Positions 11,249 to 23,200 of a stretch of DNA of 64,000 bases are shown here, one piece after another. A model generated the notes under the pieces. The model was not told the DNA's origin. It saw only the letters and a program-made list of their open reading frames with translations, and searched no databases. The stretch is from Octopus sinensis (Eukaryota), in NCBI RefSeq assembly GCF_006345805.1, contig NC_043007.1, positions 22,010,001 through 22,074,000 of the forward strand. The letters run 5' to 3'. The position numbers were made by a program, and so were the translations under genes. Position 1 is the first letter of the stretch. Each line of letters opens with the position of its first letter.

Positions 11249-14200
11249 CTGTAAAAGAGAGAGATTACAGTTTTACACACACATACGATCAAATATATCA
11301 TCATCATCGTCATCATTTAACGTCCGTTTTCCATGCTAGCATGTGTTGGACGATTCGACTGGGGTCTAGGGAGTCAGAAGGCTGAGTTTCTACAGCTGGA
11401 TGCCCTTCCTAACGCCAACCACTCCGTGAGTGTAGTGGGTGCTTTTTACGTACCAGGGGAGGCTGGAACGGACATGATCGGTTGGTGCTTTTTATGTGCC
11501 ACCGGCATGGAAGCCAGCCAAGGCAGCGCTGGCATAGGCCACGTTCCAATGGTGCTTTTTACGTGCCACCGGCACAGGTATCACAACTAGAATTTCCATT
11601 TGATTTTTATTTTGATGTTGATGTACTTGACTCAATAGGTCTCCTCAAGCACAGCAGGTCACCCTACGATCCAAGGTAAGCACAGCAGGCCGTCCTGTGA
11701 TCCAAGGTACTTTGGATGGGCTGGGGCTGCTATGTGAAGCTGGTGCAGGAAACAGCCATGAACTCATGTTATTTGTATATATATATATTTATCATTGTAT
11801 GCATATGTACAAGGGGATGCTGAAAAATTCCTGGCTTTAAGGGTTTCACAAAAGGCTTGGTTGGAGGCCCAATCTTCAGAATTCTTTTACAGGGCTTAGA
11901 AAAACTGAAGAACTACTGCAATAAGTATGTGAATCTGAGAGGGGAATATGTTGAACAGAATCCTAATTGACTGATCCTCCTCTACTTTCTTTTACCCAAA
12001 GCCAGGAACTTTTCAACAACCCCCTTGTAGTATTTAACCCTTTAGCATTCAGATTCCTGTGTCAAATGTAATGCTTATTTATGTAAATCATTTAGAATTA
12101 TTTGTGTATCATCTTGTAACTTTGAGATTTTGATAATGTGATTCTTTATTTTTAGAATGACATTGTAGGGTAAGGTATAAGAGGCAGGCTCTGGCCACTT
12201 TAAACCTAAAACAGGCAGAATATCTTGGCTGGATACGGCCAGTTTAAATGATAAAAGGTCAAAGCAATTCAGCAGTACAATTACAAAACATACCAATGTA
12301 CCTTTGCCATAACAGAAGACACTACTGTATATAAAAAGTAAATTATGGCATCAGAAGAAATCATCTGGATAAAAATTAGCCTATAGCAATGAGTAGGAAG
12401 GACAAAATCTGTTTATAGGAGACCCAACTTTACATATAGGACCTGTGGTGATATTTTGAGATATTTTTCTTAAAAATTAAAAAAGAAAGGAAAAAAATTG
12501 TCTTACAATTACCAGCAATTAATGTTTCTCATTTGCTAACTAATTAGCAACAATTTCGAAAACAACTGTTTTAAATTCATTTGATAATTCTAAGTCTATA
12601 ATCTAGAACAAGAACACAGGTTCTCAAAGCCCACAAGGCCCTTGGGGGTCCTTGTAAGATTTTATTAAAATTTATGAGCAATAAATTGGTTATAATTTCT
12701 ACAATAAACAAAGCATTTTATTAATTTTTTATGCAATTCCTAAAAATATTTAATTCTAAAATTATAAATAAGATTTTTGAAACATTGAACGGGTATGAGA
12801 GGCCATCCTAGTAAAATAGGAACCAAAGGAGCCCACAAGCCAAAAATGGTTGCGGAACACTGATCTAGAAGTTAAAAGGTTTAAGGTTAGTTTTACTTCC
12901 TTCTTAACCCTTTCGTTACTGTATTTATTTTGAGATGTTCTGTGTTTTTTTTTCAATTACTTTAACTCTTTAGTGTTCATATTATTCTATCAAACATAAT
13001 GCTCATTGATTCACATTGATTTGAATTAATCATGCATTATCTCATATCTTCAAGATCTTGATGGTGTAATTACTTAATGTAGAATAACATTGTAGGATAG
13101 GTGTGAGGGCCTGGATCTGATCAGTTTGAGCATAAAACAGATTAAATATTTTGGCTGGATATGGCCGGTTTAAATACTAAAGGGTTAAATATAACAAAGA
13201 ATTTAGTAAAATAACTTAGTTATCATTCAGCTAGTGTTAGGAACATTAATTGTGTCTAAGTTTTGGTGGAAGATTTTAATTCAGAACTTATGGAAACAAG
13301 AGATTTATACTCAGAGCGAGAGCCGGTTTCAACCAGGTTGGTATCGAAAGGGTTAAACACACCTCTATATTTGGGCTGATGCACATTAGAAGCAATTGGA
13401 AGGGTGTGGATTGAAGGAAATTTAGGCTATTATTTCTAGCATATAGAGTGACCACATTGAGGTCTCCTCTTATGTCTTCTGCTGATTCTTAAATTAAAAA
13501 CGGTTTCGGAGAGTGTCCAGTAACAGAAAAGAAATGAAGGCAAAAACAAAAGTCACTTACTTTAGCTTATTTACAAAAAAATCTCTTCCAACAGGATTGT
13601 GTTTAAATATAGTCAGCATTACTTTCTTCATGTCTGTTCTGTAACGAAGAGATTTTACATAATTAAAAAAGTAATACAAACACAAATAATGGGAAATAAT
13701 TGAGTTACTTAACAACAGAAGAAACCGATAGAATAAGTACTAGTCCCTGGGGGGTGGGGGTCGATTTGTTCAACTAAAACCCTTCAAGGCAGTGCTCCAT
13801 CATGGCCACAGTCAGGTGAGTGAAACAAGTAAAAGAATAAAAGAATTCTTTGTTAAGAATGCTTTTTATGTGCCACTGGCACGGAAGCCAGTTAGCCGCT
13901 CTGGCAATGATCACACTCGGATGGTGCTCTTAGCGCTCCACTAGCATGGATGCCAGTCATCGAATTTGATTTTACTTGCCTCAACAGGTTTTCTCAAGCA
14001 GAGTTTAGTGTCCAATGAAGGAAAGGAAATATGCCACTGTAACCCTGAGGCTGATGACATCCATCCCTCTTGCTAGAATCCAGGTGGGAAAAAAAAAAAC
14101 CCCTTCGTTGTTGGAATACAGTGCTGGGTGACGCGGCCAAGTAGAAACACCTCCTCACTCTAAAGCAGTGGTTCCCAAAGTGGGTAGTATTGCTCCCTTA

Positions 14201-17200
14201 GGGGCAGTGGAAAGTTCCTAGGGAGCGTTGATGAAGAGTGGGGCGAGAATGGGGTAGCAATTCCTGTAAAAAAGTGGGGCGAGAATGGGGTAGCAATTCC
14301 TGTAAAAAAGTGGGGTGAGAATGGGGTAGCAATTCCTGTAAAAAAGTGGGGCGAGAATGGGGTAGCAATTCCTGTAAAAAAAGTGGGGCGAGAATGGGGT
14401 AGCAATTCCTGTAAAAAAGTGGGGTGAGAATGGGGTAGCAATTCCTGTAAAAAAGTGGGGCGAGAATGGGGTAGCAATTCCTGTAAAAAAGTGGGGTGAG
14501 AATGGGGTAGCAATTCCTGTAAAAAAGTGGGGCGAGAATGGGGTAGCAATTCCTGTAAAAAAGTGGGGCGAGAATGGGGTAGTGATTCAGGTAAAAACAA
14601 CAAAACAATGAGTTCATTAGGTTAAGTTTTATTTGTGAAACACAATTGCTTTGAATTTGCTTCTGAAAGATGTCTATGTTTGTGATGGTTAGTTGGGCGC
14701 AAAGAATGTGGCCTGGGTCTCAAGGGGGCAGTAGCCCCAAAAAGTTTGGGAACCACTGCTCTAAAGTGAAAGTGTCTCCTACTAATGGTACTATCCTGTT
14801 ATCTTACTATAATCCAACCATTTGGCCTGGGATACACCAACACATTATATATATCTACAAAGGTATGTATATGGAAGCATACTTACTTATGAGCAAGCAA
14901 TTCCAGGATTTGCATTAAGAACTTGCCAAGTCCTTTTCGTCGTGCTTCAGGCATAATCTGGATTTCATAACTGAAAAAAAAAATGACATAAAATAAGCAA
15001 TAAAAAAAAGGAAATCTTTATATATAAAAGTTGAGTTGTGTGTCTGTCTCCTACGATTTAGATTCCTAACTACTCCCACATTTTGCGGTGCAGTGTAACC
15101 AAAAGCGGGTATCTTATAGTCGTGATTCATATTGAGCCCTTCTGGGTATTAGCGCGCGTCTACGATGAGTCTATGATTTTAAAAATAATTTACCATCATT
15201 TTTTTCCATTTTAATGCATTTTTTCGCTAATTTATAAGGGAAGTAACTCTCTAAAAATGTCTTACGATGGGTCAACGATTTCAAAAAAAATTTACCATCA
15301 TTTTTTTTCCATTTTTAATGCATCTTTTGCTATTTTTTGGCTACAACTCTCTAAAAATGCTTATATATTTATTTCCTTTACAAACCCGAGCAAAGCGGGG
15401 CGATACTGCTAGTAAATATATAAAAGTTACTATACATTTCGTTTTTGGAGTTCGTGTGTTGAAGCATATTCTGTTGTGTCTGGGGAGAGTCATTTTCTTT
15501 TTGTGCCTTATAATGTAACACACTCACCGGTAAAATTTCCACTTTTTCCCCTTATTTTTATTTTTCTAAAATTTTCGTTGCATCTTGCAACCTTTTCAAT
15601 AGTTTTGACTCAAAAATTTTAGAACAATAAAAATAAGAAAAAAAGTGGAAATTTTACCGGTGAGTGTGTTACATAATAAGGCACAAAAAGAAAATGACTC
15701 TCCCCAGACACAACAAATAACTATACATTCATTCTAATGAAACTAGCAAAAGTTGAATAGTCTTGAATATTCAAAATCCCACTTTGAGTTGATTCTTTTT
15801 ACATAGGAGCAGAGTCCCAGAAAGTTATAAAAACTGTTAATATGTATTGTGTGATATCCTCACCTTCCCCAAGTGTCATAATTAAGTGAAATGGCTCCAA
15901 TCAGGAACTGGAACTGGACTAGTCTTACATCTCAAGCAACTTACCTATATTAATAGATCTATCTTTGTTTATTAAGACAGTTTGTACAGTTCTATATTTA
16001 AGAGATGAGGAATTATGTACATTATTTACAATATTTACCTTATTTACATTTGATGGATATTTATCCTCATCTTGTTTGTTGTTAACACAACGTTTCGGCT
16101 GATATACTCTCCAGCCTTCATCAGGTGTCTTGGGGAAATTTCGAACCTGGGTTCTCATTCCTAAAGTATTTTTCGATGATGTTGATGTTATTATTATTAC
16201 TATTATTATTCAGGTCACTGCCTGGTATCGAACTTGGAATCTTGGGGTTAGTAGCCTGTGTGCTTAACCACTACACCATAAGCTTACGGGCATATGGCAT
16301 AGTGGTTAAGAGCGAGGGCTACTAACCCCAAGATCCTGAGTTCGATACCAGGCAGTGACCTGAACAACAACAATGATGTCATTGTTGTAAAAAGTATCTT
16401 AGGAATGAGAACCCAGGTTTGAAATTTCCCCAAGACACCTGAAGAAGGCTGGAGAGTACATCAGCTGAAATGTTGTGTTAACAACAAACAAGATGAGGAC
16501 AAATATCCATCAAATGTAAATAATGTAAGCCAGCCTGGGTAAAAGAAATAAGAAAATTGAATCATCTCCATGAACTTCACAAATTAAATATATGGTTGAT
16601 TCTTTGACACAAGACTCATGGTTCACAGCCCTCAAGTTTCCCCCATTAAGTATTTTATAGACCAACTCTGCAGAAGATACAAGTTTGCAAAGTTTTTGTT
16701 AGGATAAGGTGTCCCTGTATTTTTTCTATAAATTGGTTCCTTTTGATGTATAAGACTCCATAGATCCATATAAAAAATAGGCGTAGGAGTGGCTGTGTGA
16801 TGATAAGTAGCTTGCTCACCAACGCATGGTTCAGGGTTCAGTCCCACTGCGTGGCACTTTGGGCAAGTGTCTTTTACTAAAGCCTTGTGAGTGGATTTCG
16901 TAGACGGAAACTGAAAGAAGCCTGTCGTATGTGTGTGTGTGAGTATATGTTTGTCCCCCCAACATTGCTTGACAACCAATGCTGGTGTGTTTAGGTCTCC
17001 ATAACTTAGCGGTTCAGCAAAAGAGACCGATAGAATAAGCACTAGGCTTTCAAAGAATAAGTCCTGGGGTCGATTTGCTCGACTAAAGGCGGTTCTCCAG
17101 CATGGCCACAGTCAAATGACACAAGCATTAGTCAGTGCATTTACAGTCATGTAAACACAAGCATTAGTCAGTGCATTCAGGGTAGCTGGTGGGGTGTGGT

Positions 17201-20200
17201 TTTGCGGCACAAGCAGAAACATCAACTTATCACCAACAAATGTAATCACAGACCAATCTGTGATAAGCGTAACATGGTTCACAACTGAACATAGTGTGTT
17301 ATTCGCGATCAGTGATGAATGAATCAGTGATAAATAAGGCTACATTTAATCATGCAGATGTAAAATAAGACAAGTCACACTCCGGAAATATATGTTTATT
17401 ACACACATGTGAGTGGGAACACTGAGATATTTTTGGTATCTAAAGATATGTCAGATACTGCGAGCGCTGCTTCTGATTGGTCAATCCATGGTGATGACCC
17501 GAGGTCACGGTGACAGCACTACTTTTGTCATTCATAAGTTACAACTAAACGTGAAGAATTTAGTTATTGGGTTAATAAAATATGGTCGTTTATTCGTGTG
17601 TAATAAATAAAATACCAAACTCATTCCCTATGGATACCGTATTTATTACAACTTGTGGCTTGTAATCATATCTAACTCGCTTTCGCTCGTTAGATACGTT
17701 TACAAGCCACTTGTTGTAATAAACACGGTATCCATAGGGAACTCGTTTGGTATTCTCTATATATACTACAGCCCAGGGGTTGGCGAACATTTTTTAACCC
17801 ATTACCCCAAAATATTCTTTTATTTGTATCAGTCATTTGACTGTGGCCATGCTGGAGTACCGCCTTTAGTCGAGCAAATCGACCCCAGGACTTATTCTTT
17901 GTAAGCCCAGTACTTATTCTATCAGTCTCTTTTGCCAAACCACTAAGTTACGGGGACATAAACACACCAGCATTGGTTGTCAAGCTATGTTGTGGGGGAA
18001 CAAACAGACACACGCACACACACACATATATATATACATACGACGGGCTTCTTTCAGTTTCCGTCTACCAAATCTACTCACAAGGCTTTGGTCGGCCTGA
18101 GGCTATAGTAGAAGATACTTGGCCAAGGTGTCACGCAGTAGGACTGAACCTGGAACCATGTGGTTGGTAAGCAAGCTATTTATTTACACCAATGTTACCC
18201 CACTGATTTGAAAGGAAGAAACATGGATTCTTTGAATTCAAAAGGTTTATTGGATCTATTCATAAGAATCTCTTTACACATCCATTACACTGGACAGATG
18301 CAGGGTTGTCAGAAGAAAAATTTCTGTCGTAACAAGGAGCACGTTTTTTATGTCGTTTTACTTATGTCTAATGAGTCCTGATTACCCCCAAGAATTTTCA
18401 TTTTCAGCCCACTTGGATTGCTTAGAATCACCAAAGCTCTGCGAGTGGATTTGGTAGATGGAAACTGAAAGAAGCCTGTCACTTGGGGTAATTTAACACT
18501 ATTTGCCGACCCGCTATAGCCTTAGGCTCACCAAAGCTCTGCGAATGGATTTGGTAGATGGAAACTGAAAGAAGCCTGTTGTATAAATGTGTGTGTATGT
18601 TTGTGCACATGCAGGCCTTGCATCTGTGTATGTTCCTCGTCACCATTTGACAACCAGTGTTGTGTTTACGTCCCCGAGACTTAGCGGTTCGGCAAGAGAA
18701 ACTGACAGAAAAACTACTGGGCTTAAAACACGAAAGTACTAGGGTCAGTTCATTTAGCTAAAAATTCTTCAAGGCGATGCCCCAGCATGGTCGCAGTCTA
18801 ATGATTGAAACAAGTAAAAGATAAAGATACTAGCGAACTGAACATAACGGTCACACAAACTTACCAATAAAGCACTTCATCATCACATTCTAAATCGAAC
18901 CTAAAATGGACACAGGCGACTGGCTTCTTACTGTCCAAATCTCTTGCTATCAAATACCACGCTTTGTCTTCTGTCATTTCAGTTTTCTTCTCACGGTCAC
19001 TCCATCCCCAATCACTGGCTTCATACCTAAGGTAAGTGGAAAAAAAAAAAAAAAATATAAAAACGAACCAATAATTAATTTTTGGAAAATGTTAAATATG
19101 CACAAGTGATCGATGCCAGGGTTGCCTGACTGGCTCCCGTGCCAGTAGCACATGAAAAGCACTATCTGAATATGATCGGTGCCAGGACCGCCTGACTGGC
19201 TCTTGTGCAGGTGGCACATAAAAAGCACGATCCGAACGTGGTCGACGCCAGTGCCCCCTGTTTGGTTCCTGTGCTAGTGGTACGTAAAAAGCACCATTCG
19301 AACGTGGCTGTGCCAGTGCACCCAGACTGGCTTCCTTGCAAGTGGCACGTAAAAAGCTCTATCTGAACATGATCGATGCCAGGGCCACCTGACTGGCTCC
19401 TGTGCAGGTGGCACGTAAAAAGCACCATCCAAATGTGGCCAATGCCAGTGTTTCCTGACTGGTTCCCGTGCTAGTGGAACATAAAAAGCTCTATTTGAAC
19501 ATGATCGATGCCAAGCCTGCCTCCTGTGCTAGTGGTTGGCATTAGGAAGGGCATCCAGCAGTAGAAACATTACCAGATCAGACTTAAGCCTGATGCAGCT
19601 GCTGGCTCTCCAGATCTCATTCAAACCATCCAACCCATTCCAGCATGGTCAACGGATGTTAAATGATGATGATGACGATGAGGTCAAAGGCTCAGTTCCA
19701 CTATGTGGTTCCTTGGGTAATAATCATCTACTACTATGGACTGGGGAAGACCAAAGCCTTGCAAGTCAATTTGGTGGATACAAACTGTACAAAGTCCACC
19801 GTGTATGTGTCTGTGCACGTATCATCATCATTTAACGCCTGTTTTTGATGCTGGCATAGGTTGGACAGTTTAACAGGAGCTAGGAAACCACAGGGCTGCA
19901 GCAAGTCCCAGTCATCTGATGGGCATGGTTTCTACAGCTGGATGCTCTTCCTAACATCAACCATTTTACAGTGTGTACTGGTGCTTTTACGTGGTTCAGG
20001 CACAGGTGCTGTTTATGTAGCACTGGCACAAGTGCCTTTTACCTGGCACATGTATGCTAGCGAATGTTTACAGTTTGCATTTCACATGAAAATCAACCTC
20101 GTTACAGGTGGGGAGAATTCACAAAAAAACAAAAGATGAAGACAACAAATAGATGTATTAGTATAACGCTCAGGAAGTGAAAAGTCTTTAATGTTTTGAG

Positions 20201-23200
20201 CCTACGCTCTTCACAGAAAGGAACACAGAAAAAACAAGGAGAGAAAATAAAGAATGTGTAGTGGCTACAAATCTATCATGGCGAAGGCCAGACAGAAGAG
20301 CCAGGGAGAAGGGGCGATAACAAAGTGGTAGTGATCCCAAAACGAAGGTGCGTGTGCATGTGTATAAGAGAGTTTGTATGTGCACGTGGAAGAGGGCTGG
20401 TGATCTTGACGTGTGCGTGTGTTTATGTGTAGGTGTGAAAATGTGGGTCTGGAAAGTGGTCAGTGCTGATGTGTGCGTGGGGTGTGTTGTGATGTGATAT
20501 GTTGTGTGGTATGGCGGTGCAAGGTGTAGTGGTGTGTTGTGATGGTGTTGGGGGTGGGGGAGGCAGGAGCTGGTGTTGTTGACATTTCCTTATCAACAAA
20601 AACAATACTATAAAGGTGAACATATCAAAGTGTTTGCTTTTAATGGATGCAAATGATTTAGCTCTCATATAATCTCAAATAAAATACATTGAAAAACAAG
20701 TAAAATTTGAGAAAATATTTAAAGCTATTTTTTTTTATTTATTAGGTCCAAGAGGAAGAGCAGCACCCATGATCCCCAAGGGCACCCAAAAACAAGAGAG
20801 ATTGAGGTGGCTTTGAGTACTGACACGGTGATGGCTACAGGAATGAAATGTGCAGGATGGAATTCTGGAGATGATGTGTGGGGAGGAAGGACTGGGCAGA
20901 GTGGTTAGTGCTGGGTTTGATTGGATACAGTATGGATAATTAGATAAATATTATATTATAATTAGGAGGAAAGAAAATGAGAAAACAGTCAATTGGGGGC
21001 TCCTGTGTAGAAGTGGTACAAGACCAGTTTGCTCCAAAGAGCAAAGGCCATGTAAGTTGTGATACAATAGGCAGAGAGGAGGAAGCACGGTGGTAGAGAG
21101 CTTGGAGTATATCCATCAACAAATTCATGTCAATAGGCTGAGTGATATTTCTTGTAATAACTGGAAGACAAGGTTACCTGCTGAACTGGTTATTGTGCTT
21201 AAGGCCAATAAATAGTTATGAGAGAGAAAAATTCTTTAACCTTTTTTGTTACTGTGTTTCTGATAAAAAGAATACAATGGTTGACTCAATGAAGAATTTA
21301 ATAAAATAACTTTGTCCTTATTAACCCTTAGCATATATATTTCTTTACTACCCACAAGGGGCTAAACAAGGACAAAGAGATTAAGTCAATTACATCGACC
21401 CCAGTGTGAAACTGGTACTTAATTTATCAACCCCAAAAGGATGAAAGGCAAAGTTGACCTCGGCGGAATTTGAACTCACAACATAAAGACAGGCGAAAAA
21501 CTGCTAAGCATTTCGCCTGGCATGCTAACGTTTCTGCCAGCTCGCCGCCTTAGCATATAAACTAGCCACATGTGGCCAAAAGGTTCTGCCTGTTTTATGT
21601 TCAAAATGGCTGGATCTGGCCTCTCACACATACCCTACAAAATCATTCTAAAATTAAAAACAAATACATCGTTAAAATCTCCAAGCTTTGATATAATAAA
21701 TGAATGATTAATTCAAGACAATGTGAATAGATGAGTATTGCATCTGACAAGGTAATCTGAATGCTAAAGGGTCAAGCTAGTCCAGCATGCTAACGATTCT
21801 GCCAGCTCACCACCTTAGAAACAGCTATATTAATGAAAGAAGGCAGCGAGCTGGCAGAAATGTCAGCACGCCAGGCGAAATGCGTAGCCGTATTTCGTCT
21901 ACCGTTACGTTCTGAGTTCAAATACCGCCGAGGTCGACTTTGCCTTTCATCCTTTCGGGGTCAATATATAAAGTACCAGTTTCGCACTGGGGTCTATGTA
22001 ATCGACTTAATCCCTTTGTCTGTCCTTGTTTGTCCCCTCTATGTTTAGCCCCCTGTGGGTAGTAAAGAAATAGGTATTTCGTCTGCCGTTACGTTCTGAG
22101 TTCAAATACCGCCGAGGTCGACTTTGCCTTTCATCCTTTCGGGGTCGATAAATAAAGTACCAGTTTCGCACTGGGGTCTATGTAATCGACTTAATCCCTT
22201 TGTCTGTCCTTGTTTGTCCCCTCTATGTTTAGCCCCTTGTGGGTAGTAAAGAAATATATATTAATGAAAGAAACGTAAGTTATGAAATGAAAAATTTGAA
22301 TTTGAATGAGAGTTTGACACTTTTCCAAATAGAGAAATATTATGGTAAAAAAAAATTCTTACAATGACTGCATATTAGATTTCGTCAACTGGAAGGCCCA
22401 GTTAATGGTTTCCTTATCAAGTTCAGACACCTTGGAACATTCGATTTTAATGTCTAATCTGTAAAGAGAAAAAAGAAAAAAAATCTGTGATGGACTCTTT
22501 TACTTGTTTCAGTCATTTGACTGCAGCCATGCTGGAGCACCGCCTTTAGTCGAGCAAATCGACCCCGGGACTTATTCTTCGTAAACCTAGTACTTATTCT
22601 ATCGGTCTCTTTTGCCGAACCGCTAAGTAACGGGGACGTAAACACACAAGCATCGGTTGTCAAGCAATGCTAGGGAGACAAACACAAACACATATATATA
22701 CACATATACGACAGGCTTCTTTCAGTTTCCGTCTACCAAATCCACTCACAAGGCACTGGTTGGCCCAGGGCTATAGCAGAAGACACTTTCCCATGATGTC
22801 ACACAGTGGGACTGAACCCGGAACCATGCAGTTGGTTAGCAAGCTACTTACCACACAGCCACTCCTGCGATTGTTTAAAATTGTTATTTTTGTTTATTAA
22901 TTTTTCTCAAGCCCAAGGATTCATAAAACCAGTCAACCAGTTTCCATGGTGATGTATAAGTGACTCTGAGATCACAACACTACTCCTGAACTGGAAGCCA
23001 GTCTGTTGCAGGGTACAAGGTAAGCAATATTGAGCAGAGAGGAGAAGTCAGATACATCAACCCCAGTACTTGACTGGTACTTTATTTTATCGACCCCAAA
23101 GGTATGAAAGGAAAAAGCTACCTTCAGTGGGATTTGAACTCAGAACATAAAAACTGAAGAAATGTAGCTAAACATTTTGTTGGGAGAAGTTAACAATTCT

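Larger units (their letters stand above)
15985..16528. mobile_element. Head-to-head pair of tRNA-head SINE-like elements carrying hammerhead motifs
   Basis: Arms about 15985-16280 (-) and 16288-16528 (+), 7-nt spacer. A box TGGCATAGTGG and B box GAGTTCGATAC, then an (AAT/AAC)n linker and the hammerhead-bearing body. Confidence 0.7.

Noticed and set aside
14238-14583. 36-bp repeats resembling a CRISPR array, and ORFs 14160..14603 / 14198..14617
   Set aside because: The units are contiguous with no unique spacers, there are no cas genes and the context is eukaryotic; the ORFs are artefacts of a unit length divisible by 3
16288-16360. tRNA gene calls at SINE heads (also 6190, 26092, 35955, 46560)
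   Set aside because: A/B boxes are present but there is no complete cloverleaf or acceptor stem, and each is followed by repeat body sequence
20745-21170. Purine-rich block that might be a LINE/RNase H remnant or an exon
   Set aside because: No frame gives convincing motifs and it is not needed for the NAA40 model
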